Source of the DNA: a bacterium
GTDB taxonomy: Bacteria > Patescibacteriota > Minisyncoccia > Phycocordibacterales > UBA2100
Length of the DNA stretch: 64,000 bases
Reading direction: 5' to 3'
Assembly (NCBI GenBank): GCA_030674455.1
Contig: JAUSGQ010000015.1
Location: 5,574-69,573, forward strand
The notes beneath the pieces were generated by a model. That model was not told the DNA's origin. It did not search any database and saw nothing but the letters and a program-made list of their open reading frames with translations. A program made the translations under genes and the position numbers. Positions within the stretch are counted from its first letter, which is position 1, and every line of letters begins with the position of its first letter. Below are positions 1-8,808 of the stretch, piece after piece.

Positions 1-1059
1 GAGGAGAATACTCTCGCGCTAACCATGCAATCCATTTTTGCGCTGCGCTATCCGCGCGACCTCCTGGAAACAATAATCGTTGACGATGGCTCAACTGATG
101 GCACACTCGCGGTCGCCAAGAAATTTGAGAGAAATGGAGTGCGTGTCCTTCAAAAGGAAAACGGCGGAAAATTCACAGCGCTGAATTTGGCTCTCGAGAA
201 CTCGGATGCAGAAATTATCGGATGCCTTGATGCGGATTCCACGGTGGGAGAAAACGCGCTTAGGCGAGCGGTTGCTGTGTTTGAGAATCCGGATATTGCA
301 GCAGTTACGCCCGGCGTTCACGTGAGAAAGCCAAAAACGGCGCTGCAACACATCCAGAATGCCGAATATGCGTTAAGCGTGTTCAATCGATTTATGTTCG
401 CCGCGCTCGGTTCTGTGTTCATCACTCCCGGCGCGTTTTCTATATATCGGGCAAAAACTATCCGGGATTTGGGCGGCTGGCGGCACGGACATTCCACAGA
501 AGACATGGAATTGGCTCTGCGCATGCAAGAAAATGGTCATAAAATCGCGAACGCCCCTACCGCCGCCGTTTTTACCGCGGCTCCGAGAACCATCGCCGGA
601 CTTTTCCACCAAAGAGTGCGGTGGACGTACGGTTTCTTGCGAAATTTGTCGGACTACAAATTTATGTTCGCTAACCGAGCATACGGCAATCTTGGATTGT
701 TCATCTTGCCGTTCGCGCTCATTTCTATCGGGACGGGAATATATTTTTTTATGCGAGTTCTTTGGTACGGGTTCGAAAATATTTATGACCTTATCGCGCG
801 GATAGAAATAACGGGAATAGCTCCGCATCCGTCATTTGATTTGTTTTACTTTAATACAAGCGCCATGCTCATGATTTCTATCGTTACGATAGCGCTCGTT
901 CTCGCTCTTATAAGCGCCGGCTCATGGCTCGGCACCGGCCGCAGAATGCCGCCGGTCGGGACGCCACTGTTTATTCTGCTCTACGGGCTTCTCGTACCTC
1001 TTTGGATAAGTACCGCTCTCTTTCGCGCTGTATTTAAAACAGGCGTGCGGTGGAGGTAA
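1..1059 (+). CDS. Processive glycosyltransferase family 2 (PgaC/IcaA/cellulose-synthase-like), 5'-truncated by the window
   Basis: DDGSTD, DADS, TED and QRVRW motifs plus C-terminal TM helices; frame open from position 1. Confidence 0.9.
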   Translation, partial: EENTLALTMQSIFALRYPRDLLETIIVDDGSTDGTLAVAKKFERNGVRVLQKENGGKFTALNLALENSDAEIIGCLDADSTVGENALRRAVAVFENPDIAAVTPGVHVRKPKTALQHIQNAEYALSVFNRFMFAALGSVFITPGAFSIYRAKTIRDLGGWRHGHSTEDMELALRMQENGHKIANAPTAAVFTAAPRTIAGLFHQRVRWTYGFLRNLSDYKFMFANRAYGNLGLFILPFALISIGTGIYFFMRVLWYGFENIYDLIARIEITGIAPHPSFDLFYFNTSAMLMISIVTIALVLALISAGSWLGTGRRMPPVGTPLFILLYGLLVPLWISTALFRAVFKTGVRWR

Positions 1060-1078
1060 GGGCTTGTCCCGCACAATC

Positions 1079-1201
1079 AGAGCGTAGCGAATGATTTTGT
1101 GGATGACAAACCTTACCCAGCACCTTTGTTTCATTGAGAAACGAAGGTGCTGGGTGTAAGATTTTCTAAACTCGTTATACTCGTTAACAAAATCTAACAT
1201 G
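1079..1201 (+). repeat. Start-codon-abutting intergenic element, family F, copy 1
   Basis: GAGCG(T/A)AGCGAAT head, CCCAGCACCTT..AAGGTGCTGGG hairpin (1115-1155), TTTCTAAACTCG..CTCGTTAA..CTAAC-ATG tail shared with 47353, 52606, 60137. Confidence 0.85.
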
Positions 1202-1906
1202 AACAGCCCAATCATCGGCGCGCGCGCCGCACAATTCAAGAACTACGGAATCGCGTTCGTCATCACAGCGGCGATTTTCGCGACCGCGCTGTATGCCTCC
1301 AACTATTTCAATGACCGGCGCATCGCCGAAATTCGCACGACGCAGGACAATATTTCCATAGACATTCTCTCGCTTGAAACTCAATTTGAGCTTCTTGCCG
1401 AACATTCGTGCAAAGATATTTCGGAAAATTCGGTTTTATCGAAGGAAATCCGTCCGTTGGCAGACCGTCTTTCATATCTTGAGAACCAAACTTCGGTAGA
1501 CGAGGAGGAACTGCTCCGGCTCAAGCGCTACTATTCCCTGCTTCAGATAAAAGACCTTCTACTGATGAAAAAAGTCGCTTCAAAATGCAAATTGAAATCC
1601 GTGTTCATTCTTTATTTCTATTCCAATGAAGGCGATTGCAAAGATTGCGAGAACCAAGGATACGTTTTGACTGCCCTATCCGAAAAGTACCCGCAGCTGC
1701 GCATCTATTCTTTCGACTACAATCTCGACCTCTCTGCCCTTCAAACGCTCCTCAGCATTAGCGATGTGGAAAATAAATTACCCGCGCTCTCTATCAACGA
1801 CAAGATTTATTATGGATTCAAAGGAGTGGATGATATTGAGAAAATCCTTCCGCAGCTGGCGACACTCGACAAGACAGCGACAAGTACGAAGAGCAGTTCC
1901 CGCTAG
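1199..1906 (+). CDS. Membrane-anchored protein with C-terminal thioredoxin-like CxxC domain
   Basis: N-terminal TM helix, coiled segment, YFYSNEGDCKDC motif. Confidence 0.7.
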   Translation: MNSPIIGARAAQFKNYGIAFVITAAIFATALYASNYFNDRRIAEIRTTQDNISIDILSLETQFELLAEHSCKDISENSVLSKEIRPLADRLSYLENQTSVDEEELLRLKRYYSLLQIKDLLLMKKVASKCKLKSVFILYFYSNEGDCKDCENQGYVLTALSEKYPQLRIYSFDYNLDLSALQTLLSISDVENKLPALSINDKIYYGFKGVDDIEKILPQLATLDKTATSTKSSSR

Positions 1907-1918
1907 CGCGCCCAACGT

Positions 1919-2368
1919 TTACTGAAACGTTATTCGAAAGTTATACATTCCCATTGAGCAGAGTCCTTGCATAGTGCCTTGGGCTTGTTCTGGGGAAATT
2001 GGGATTTCTTCCGTCCCTGTCGAACTTAAAAATTTCTGATACCGCAACTTTGGAATCACAAGACTGGCCGAGCAGTCGAATGTGCCTCTGGTGCTGACAC
2101 GAAGTAAGGTCGGCATGCCGGCTTTCGCTACTACGACGCGCGGCGAATAACCGCCCTTGGCCGAAATATCTATGAGCTGTCTGCCTCCCACAATGGAAAC
2201 CACTGATGAACTGTCGGGGCCACTTTGTCTTCCGGCAAACCAGACTGCGCCGAAGATTAGGAGCAGGCTGACGCAGATGGAAACGAGAATTGATTTGTTC
2301 ATCCCATTAGAGACATTTCGCGGTCGTGTATTATTTTGTGACGACATGGAATTTGTAACTTTATACAT
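1919..2368 (-). CDS. Cupredoxin-domain membrane-anchored protein (start may be 2302)
   Basis: GGYSP..., DCSA and CSMGMY motifs; last gene of the metal operon. Confidence 0.8.
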   Translation of the reverse strand: MYKVTNSMSSQNNTRPRNVSNGMNKSILVSICVSLLLIFGAVWFAGRQSGPDSSSVVSIVGGRQLIDISAKGGYSPRVVVAKAGMPTLLRVSTRGTFDCSASLVIPKLRYQKFLSSTGTEEIPISPEQAQGTMQGLCSMGMYNFRITFQ

Positions 2369-2424
2369 GAAGTGAGTAATTCGATATTTTTTCGCACGAC
2401 CGCGGTCTCTAACGGGACAGGTCC

Positions 2425-3522
2425 CTAAAAATTAAAAAGTGGATTAATGATTCCGGCAGTCGCCAGTGCATTCGAAAGGTTGAGAAGCGCTAGCGCGATT
2501 ACGATGAGACCGGCTGTCTTGAAGAATATTCCTTTCCACGGCTTGTGCGCGATGTTGAGAGAGCCGAATGATAGGAGCGCCAGCATGGGAAGCGTGCCGA
2601 GAGCGAAGAATGTCATGGTGAGAGCGCCTGTCATGAAGCTGCCTGTCGAGAGCGCGTAGAGCTGCATTGATTGTGTGAATCCACACGGCAGAAAGAACGT
2701 TCCGATGCCGACGAGCACAGGGGCTAGGTAGTGATCGTGCCTGCTTCCGCGCACTACATGCCGCGAGAAAACTTTAGGGAGCGTGAACTGTAAGCGTTTT
2801 GTGAAATGGAACACGTCAAGCAGGTTAATTCCAAGAATGAGCATCACGAGAGCGACAATGACTCCAAGAACAATATTGGCCGTTAGTCCGAGATGAAGAG
2901 AATTACCGAGTATTCCCACAACGCCGCCCAAAACAAAAAAACCGGCCAATCTTCCAACATGAAATAACGATTGCGTTCTCCATGTCCCGCCTTCTTTTGC
3001 GGAACTTGCGGAAAGCGAGAGTACAAGCCCGCCCACTATCGCAAGACACGTAGAAACAGAGGCAATGAGTCCGATTACAAACGCAGTTCCATAACTCACA
3101 TCCGACGAAGTAATCAGATTGGTTAATCCGGCTTTTTGGAGTGCAAGAAATCCAACTATGATAACGAGCGCTATGGGAAATGCGTAGGCAAAATCTCCCC
3201 AGCCGGCATTCTTCTTAGCTTTTTCCAAAGAAAGCGTATAGCCGTGGCCTTTAACAAGCTTCGTCAGCTCTTCGGCTATCAACTCCGGCGCTTTGGCAAA
3301 CTCTCCCGCAATCGTTACCTGATGGCTTGCGAGCGAGGCCTCCACACGGGAAACATTCGGCAACTCCTTAAACGTCTCCTCAATGAGGAGCGTGCAGGAG
3401 GCGCAATGCATTCCGTGTACGTGAAAGGTGTAAGTCTGTTGTTGCGCTTCTGAGCCTATGAGTCCGACATCGGCACCTGTAGACGGACCGACCGATCCAT
3501 GGTCGGCATCTGTAGACGACAT
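2425..3522 (-). CDS. HMA domain + DsbD_2/TauE-like membrane protein
   Basis: GMHCASC metal-binding motif, STCLAIVGG and LPCGFTQSMQ TM motifs; N-terminus derived from family B repeats. Confidence 0.85.
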   Translation of the reverse strand: MSSTDADHGSVGPSTGADVGLIGSEAQQQTYTFHVHGMHCASCTLLIEETFKELPNVSRVEASLASHQVTIAGEFAKAPELIAEELTKLVKGHGYTLSLEKAKKNAGWGDFAYAFPIALVIIVGFLALQKAGLTNLITSSDVSYGTAFVIGLIASVSTCLAIVGGLVLSLSASSAKEGGTWRTQSLFHVGRLAGFFVLGGVVGILGNSLHLGLTANIVLGVIVALVMLILGINLLDVFHFTKRLQFTLPKVFSRHVVRGSRHDHYLAPVLVGIGTFFLPCGFTQSMQLYALSTGSFMTGALTMTFFALGTLPMLALLSFGSLNIAHKPWKGIFFKTAGLIVIALALLNLSNALATAGIINPLFNF

Positions 3523-3551
3523 AAGGCACCATCTTATCATGCCAGCATTCT

Positions 3552-3806
3552 TCACGCCTTAATTTTGTTGGACAGTATCGCGTACAAACCGACAGCCAAG
3601 TATGCAATCACATTCCAGATCACGAGACCGGTGATAAATGTCGTGAGCGTTGCGACGTTCTCGCCCACGTTTGCATTTGTGTGGAGACCGTAATACATAA
3701 ACGCTGACACGATGTTCGGAAACAAAGCTACTCCGAGATAACAAACCGCATACACGATGCTTATCCACGCCGCAGTAACCTTCAAAAGATGTTTTGTGTT
3801 TATCAT
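3552..3806 (-). CDS. Small 2-TM membrane protein (DUF5676-like)
   Basis: Two hydrophobic helices with Cys and His; operon context. Confidence 0.65.
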   Translation of the reverse strand: MINTKHLLKVTAAWISIVYAVCYLGVALFPNIVSAFMYYGLHTNANVGENVATLTTFITGLVIWNVIAYLAVGLYAILSNKIKA

Positions 3807-3864
3807 AAATATTAAATTTCATTCTAATAATAGACGCTAATAAATATCGACCTTTTTGTTGATG

Positions 3865-4347
3865 CTATTTGAGGGTCCATGTGAAATTCCTTTCGGGGAC
3901 GTCAATGTTGAGGATTTTTAGCTGTACCTGTTTCGGCACAGAAGTGCTTGTCATAAACGACAGAACGCCCTCGCGGTGGTGTCCGCCGGGAGGCGCTCCG
4001 TCCCATTTCGTGGGACGATATATCCTGTTGCTGTCGTCAACGAGAACCGCAGTTGTGAGCATGTCTTGGTCCAATGAACCGGAATGCACATCGAGTACCA
4101 CCTTGAATTTCCACACCGAGTCCGCGGCAGAAAGCTGGAATGGGGTAACCGTTACGGCGACTATTCCTTGCGAATCGGTTATTTCCTCATATCCCGCGCC
4201 CACTGAACTTTGTGCGGGCGGTTCGGGAGGAAAGCCGGAACTGGAACCAGGCTGCGGTTGACTGTTTTGTCCGTAAGCGAGAAACAGAGCAACGATAATA
4301 GCGCCTCCGATAACGAGAAGTGGTACGTTGTTTTTTGTTTTTTCCAT
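3865..4347 (-). CDS. Membrane-anchored exported protein (DVHSGSLD, GGHH motifs)
   Basis: Signal anchor, His motifs, co-oriented in operon. Confidence 0.7.
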   Translation of the reverse strand: MEKTKNNVPLLVIGGAIIVALFLAYGQNSQPQPGSSSGFPPEPPAQSSVGAGYEEITDSQGIVAVTVTPFQLSAADSVWKFKVVLDVHSGSLDQDMLTTAVLVDDSNRIYRPTKWDGAPPGGHHREGVLSFMTSTSVPKQVQLKILNIDVPERNFTWTLK

Positions 4348-4355
4348 ATATTTTC

Positions 4356-4829
4356 TTATCTACTGATTTGCATAGCGTAAACTTTTCTTATGCTATTAAG
4401 TATGAAGGCAATCCCCGCAAGATTGAAGAGCAAGCCGACCCAGAATAATTCTACCTGATATTGCGTCACAAAGGTTACGGCTCCCGAAATACCGAGAATT
4501 GGAAGCAAATTCGCAAGATAATGAGTGCAGCACGAAATCATCGCGGCGGTAGAGGTTGTGCCGGTTACTCCCAAGACTTTCCCACTTCCTCCCCCGCCTG
4601 CGGTGAGCGGCGTCGAACTGCCGTGAACAAGATTGCGCAGATAGATAAAAAGGCCGATCTGTATTCCGAATCCAATCGCAAGAGCAACGACGAAGTACCA
4701 GAAGTCCAAGAACTGGTCGACGGTGAAACTCCAGCCGGAAACAAACGTCAGAGCAAGAAAATAGACAGCAAGCAGAATGAGAGATGCTCCGAGCCCAAAG
4801 ACGATTGATTTTGCTATTGTATTTCTCAT
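4356..4829 (-). CDS. 4-TM membrane protein with AMISCCTH motif
   Basis: Hydrophobic helices; start reassigned to MRNT at 4829 to avoid overlap with next gene. Confidence 0.75.
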   Translation of the reverse strand: MRNTIAKSIVFGLGASLILLAVYFLALTFVSGWSFTVDQFLDFWYFVVALAIGFGIQIGLFIYLRNLVHGSSTPLTAGGGGSGKVLGVTGTTSTAAMISCCTHYLANLLPILGISGAVTFVTQYQVELFWVGLLFNLAGIAFILNSIRKVYAMQISR

Positions 4830-4861
4830 ATCATTCAACCATCCGAGAACTTTTACACGTT

Positions 4862-5134
4862 TCAATGGCAGCATCCGCCTTTCTCGTGGCTTTCCGTATC
4901 TGCCTGTTCGGATGCGGCGGCTTTGCTGTTTCCGTCGAAACCGCGTCCTCCATGTCCTTTCCACATCATCCAGACATGAGGCACAACGCAGACACCAAGG
5001 ATAATCAGCCACAGATATCCGGAGGAAAATAATTTCTCTCCGCCAAAAAATAGGAATCCGATAAGTAACAGACATGGGACCATCATCCAGAGCATGGCTT
5101 TGTGCCCGCCGTACTTGTTATTGTAATTGTGCAT
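4862..5134 (-). CDS. Small membrane protein (DUF2933-like), C-terminal GGCCH
   Basis: 2 TM helices, CVVPHVWMM motif. Confidence 0.7.
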   Translation of the reverse strand: MHNYNNKYGGHKAMLWMMVPCLLLIGFLFFGGEKLFSSGYLWLIILGVCVVPHVWMMWKGHGGRGFDGNSKAAASEQADTESHEKGGCCH

Positions 5135-5216
5135 AATGAATTAAATTGTGAATTAATTGCCATTCCCAACGTTTTGCCTGCCCGCGCAGGCAAAACGTCA
5201 AGTGTGCCACAATTGC

Positions 5217-6338
5217 CTAGATACCGCAGCCGCTTTGCTGGCGAGGCTGCGCAGACGCACCGCCGGCTTCTACGCCGCAGCCGCTGCCGCCTCCGCCCTG
5301 CGCGGGAGCGCTCACTTGCGATAGAATGTTCCGAAATCCTGCCGCACTTGAATAATTCACTCCTAGCATCTCGCGCGGAGAGACTTTTTTCCAATCAATT
5401 CCCTTGCCTTGCATGTATTCCGCCATGGTGAGATACGTGTCCGGGAACCAGTATGAGTTGACCTTTAGAGCATACTTGTACATATTCTCCTCGCTCATGC
5501 CTTGAGCAGCCATGAGTTCCAATAGCCCGAGCATCGCCATGCCGTGATTGCAGTCGGGGAAATGCGTGGAATTTCCGCAGCACGGCCGATAAATGTTTCG
5601 CGACACGCGGTCGACAAGTTCCTGCTGCTCTTCAGTCAACGCCACGAGCGCGTGCTTGCCGTAGTGTTCCATTGCGCCGCCTTTCGCAATTGTCCATCCG
5701 CCGGTTGAGGCAAAATTCCCGGCTCCGCCGTATGCCGGATTCATCATTTCCGTTTTGTCGCCCAGTATCGGATTTTCATTGGCAAGTCCGAATGCCCAGA
5801 GCAAATTCAAGAGATATCCGGCGTTATTTCCATCGATTGTAAGCTCACCATTGGTACGCCCTGAAAGAAGTTTTTCGTACTCGGAAGGGAACGAGCCGCC
5901 GGTTGTGGCGGCAGGCCAAGCCACGAAATCTGCTGATTCGCCTGTAGACGGACCGCGCGACTCGTAAACTTGTTTGAGCGCGACGGGGTCAATGGCACCG
6001 GCTTCAACCAGCCGCGCGCCCAAATCGCCCCACACAACCGGCAGCTTGACGCCTTTCGCCGGAAGAACCGCCTCTTCAATCGCAGAAGGACCGGAAGCAC
6101 TTCCTGTTTTTGCAAACAGATTCGCGATGCTTCCCCATTGCGAGCCGGGCATTGCGCTCGCGATAATAATTCCCGCGATAATGATACTGACCGGAGTTCC
6201 GTACTCTTGGTAAAGCGCTTTCCAGTTTACTCCTTTAGACGCGGAATGTTCCGAGTGATGATGCTGGCAGCACGAATGTGTGGCATGTTCCTGATGCGTG
6301 CCGGAATGATGTATATTATTCGACGAATGATTTTCCAT
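5217..6338 (-). CDS. His/Cys-rich membrane-anchored protein of unknown function
   Basis: His-rich N-terminus, TM helix, RPCCGNSTHFPDCNHGMA motif, C-terminal GCG motifs. Confidence 0.8.
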   Translation of the reverse strand: MENHSSNNIHHSGTHQEHATHSCCQHHHSEHSASKGVNWKALYQEYGTPVSIIIAGIIIASAMPGSQWGSIANLFAKTGSASGPSAIEEAVLPAKGVKLPVVWGDLGARLVEAGAIDPVALKQVYESRGPSTGESADFVAWPAATTGGSFPSEYEKLLSGRTNGELTIDGNNAGYLLNLLWAFGLANENPILGDKTEMMNPAYGGAGNFASTGGWTIAKGGAMEHYGKHALVALTEEQQELVDRVSRNIYRPCCGNSTHFPDCNHGMAMLGLLELMAAQGMSEENMYKYALKVNSYWFPDTYLTMAEYMQGKGIDWKKVSPREMLGVNYSSAAGFRNILSQVSAPAQGGGGSGCGVEAGGASAQPRQQSGCGI

Positions 6339-6363
6339 AGTTAAGTGATAATTAATTAATAAT

Positions 6364-6807
6364 CTAACAGCAATCTTTCATCTTCTGCTCGATTTCCGCG
6401 ACGGTTCCTTCACGCGGTTTTACTCGCGAAGACAAAAATAGGAACGATACCAGCACGAGAAATGCAAGAGCAAGAAACGCCGCCGCCCATAGCTCAGCAA
6501 GAATTCCATAAGCAGCGACGAATCCAGCCGGAATAAAGAGGATTTTAAGGAGGAGACGAGATTGCTGGGACGAGCCCGCAAGCATCTTCTCCATCTGGTA
6601 AGCGATGCCGACAACCGAACCGCCCATTAGAAGCGCCGGGATTATTAGAGTTATTTCGTAGCCCAGGAAGTGAGCGGCAAGAAGCCCTGCCCACGTGACA
6701 AACACGCCGGAACAAATCGGGCAAACCTGAACCGGCAGTATTTTGTTTGCCACCCACGTCAACCCCGTGATGATGAGGATTGAGACAACTGTGATTGTTA
6801 TGAGCAT
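6364..6807 (-). CDS. Membrane protein with CPIC and terminal CC motifs
   Basis: Hydrophobic, operon context. Confidence 0.75.
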   Translation of the reverse strand: MLITITVVSILIITGLTWVANKILPVQVCPICSGVFVTWAGLLAAHFLGYEITLIIPALLMGGSVVGIAYQMEKMLAGSSQQSRLLLKILFIPAGFVAAYGILAELWAAAFLALAFLVLVSFLFLSSRVKPREGTVAEIEQKMKDCC

Positions 6808-6822
6808 ACTTGTTCGAGCTGA

Positions 6823-7602
6823 TCAGAATACGAGGATAAGAGTTCCCAATACTATCATGGCAATTCCGGCGATAAGGCGGACCCGGTCGATATGGTCGCG
6901 CTTCCATCCCTGCATTTTTTCTACGACTCCTTTATCCGCTGCAAACCAAAGCACCAAGACGAGCGGAACTATCAGCACGAGATTGTAGAGCAAGAGATAC
7001 CAGAATCCCGCGAAATAGGTTACCTGGTCGCGCAAGAGACCTATGACCATAAGGTATGGCCCGCCCATGCAGGGGAACTGGCAAATTCCCACAAGAAGTC
7101 CGAGGCCGAAAGCCGCTATAATGGAGGTCTTTTCCAACAGCTTCGCCATCGGTTTATGCGCTATTGCAGGCATCTTGAGCTTGAGGGGAATGTTCGGGAA
7201 GAATCTGTTCAGGAGATTGATGATGCCGAAGAGAATGAGAATTGATGCGCCAAGCTTGCCCATGAAGTGCGGCGTGTTGAAGAGGTGCAATACTTTCAAG
7301 AGTCCGAGCCCTATCAAGAGATAAGAGGCGAAAATGCCTGCAATGTATACGCCTCCTATCTGCAAGATTTTCTCCCGCGTCAACTGTAATCCGAACAGGA
7401 ATGCTATCGTGATGAGGAGAATCGAGAACGAGCATGGATGCACGCTATCGAGGAGCGAAGAGATGAGTACAAGCGGAAGAAGCCACGCGCCGCCTTGGCT
7501 TATGTTCCAGATTATCTCCGAAGTAGCCGGACTGAATTTAAGGATGAGTATCGCGAGAATGAACGTGCCAATAACGCCAGCGATGATTAGAAGCCGTTGC
7601 AT
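6823..7602 (-). CDS. CcdA/DsbD-type transmembrane electron-transfer protein
   Basis: DSVHPCSF and CQFPCMGGPY motifs, multiple TM helices. Confidence 0.8.
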   Translation of the reverse strand: MQRLLIIAGVIGTFILAILILKFSPATSEIIWNISQGGAWLLPLVLISSLLDSVHPCSFSILLITIAFLFGLQLTREKILQIGGVYIAGIFASYLLIGLGLLKVLHLFNTPHFMGKLGASILILFGIINLLNRFFPNIPLKLKMPAIAHKPMAKLLEKTSIIAAFGLGLLVGICQFPCMGGPYLMVIGLLRDQVTYFAGFWYLLLYNLVLIVPLVLVLWFAADKGVVEKMQGWKRDHIDRVRLIAGIAMIVLGTLILVF

Positions 7603-7603
7603 A

Positions 7604-8128
7604 CTAAGGTGTAACGAGTGCCTTGATATCAAGCTGAAGAACGCCGCCGGCTTCATCGGTGAGCGTCACGAACCGGTCGATTTGGCCGACGCCGGCAGGG
7701 CCGTGAGCATTGGGGTCATAGACTACGCGCACGGTTCGGCTTTCTCCCGGCTTCAACGTTTCGTTTGCGGGCGGAATGTAGCCCATGCCAGGCATTCGAA
7801 ACGGCCCTTTCACACTCCCCTCGGCAGTGAGGAGGTAGGCGGTAGTACACATGCAGGATGTGAACATGCTGCTAACTGTAATGTCTTTTTCGGTCGGATT
7901 CGTTACGCTGAATTCTTTGTACACGAGCCCATTCTTCATGGAGATAGTGCCAAAGTCGTAAAGAATTTCCGGAGCGGCAAGTTCGCTTTTTTGGCCGCCG
8001 GTCGTGGCGGCACCTGTAGACGGTCCTCCGCTTGCTTGCGCCGGCAGAGGCGCTTGATTGGTGCGGCCCCACCACATGAGGCCGAATCCGACGAGAACGA
8101 CAGCCGCGACTGTAAGTATTGTTTTCAT
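7604..8128 (-). CDS. DUF1573 (Ig-like) exported protein
   Basis: YDFGTI, TSCMCT, YDPNAHGP motifs; signal anchor. Confidence 0.75.
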   Translation of the reverse strand: MKTILTVAAVVLVGFGLMWWGRTNQAPLPAQASGGPSTGAATTGGQKSELAAPEILYDFGTISMKNGLVYKEFSVTNPTEKDITVSSMFTSCMCTTAYLLTAEGSVKGPFRMPGMGYIPPANETLKPGESRTVRVVYDPNAHGPAGVGQIDRFVTLTDEAGGVLQLDIKALVTP

Positions 8129-8220
8129 GTTGTTTAGGATTGATGTTCGTAATGGCAAACACAAAACTCGCGTGTAAACGCGAGCGAGAGCGCAAAAAAA
8201 GCCCGGCTTTTTTTGCGCTC

Positions 8221-8640
8221 TTAAAATGCGGACGGGCTATTTTCAAATAACGAGAGCCATCTTTTGGCCTCTCTATTCTGCGGAGAGGAAACGGGATGCC
8301 GCGAGTATCGTAAGAGCCCGGGCGAAAGTGCGGGCGGAGGAATCGTGAACAAGAAGAATCCGCACGCTAAGAGAAGTAGCGCAATAATAAAAATAATCGT
8401 ATTGATGACAACAGGCGCAGCCGTAAGCGATTGATATGCCGAGATATGATGAACGGCCGCCGCAACTAGATCTTGAGGGCAGAGCGGCTCTCCCATAACG
8501 GAGAACGGGCAATCGCTCTCTATGCCCGTGTCGGCGTGGGCCATTGTCGCAAAACTAAAAAATACGATTGCAAGAAGCGACACAAGCATGAACGCCGCGG
8601 CGATTCTTTTTTGCAGAGATGCATGATGTACTGTTTTCAT
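8221..8640 (-). CDS. Membrane protein with CPF...LCP...HHI motif
   Basis: 2 TM helices; followed by terminator-like hairpin 8195-8215. Confidence 0.65.
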   Translation of the reverse strand: MKTVHHASLQKRIAAAFMLVSLLAIVFFSFATMAHADTGIESDCPFSVMGEPLCPQDLVAAAVHHISAYQSLTAAPVVINTIIFIIALLLLACGFFLFTIPPPALSPGLLRYSRHPVSSPQNREAKRWLSLFENSPSAF

Positions 8641-8804
8641 AAATACGGAGTGTCAGCCCTTACAGCATGACTGATAATTTCCAAATTGCAACTTTTGTGT
8701 TCCTTGCACCACGCCTCGCATCTCTTTTTCCACTCCTCCTCTTTGTAAGCTGATCCGCATTCGCTGCAAACGTATACGAGCGGCGTTATTTTAGATGTTG
8801 CCAT
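8637..8804 (-). CDS. 55-aa Cys-rich putative metal-binding protein (below the ORF-track cutoff)
   Basis: Hand translation MATSKITPLVYVCSECGSAYKEEEWKKRCEAWCKEHKSCNLEIISHAVRADTPYL*; fills the gap after copA and overlaps the next gene by ATGA. Confidence 0.8.
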   Translation of the reverse strand: MATSKITPLVYVCSECGSAYKEEEWKKRCEAWCKEHKSCNLEIISHAVRADTPYL

Positions 8805-8808
8805 GGTT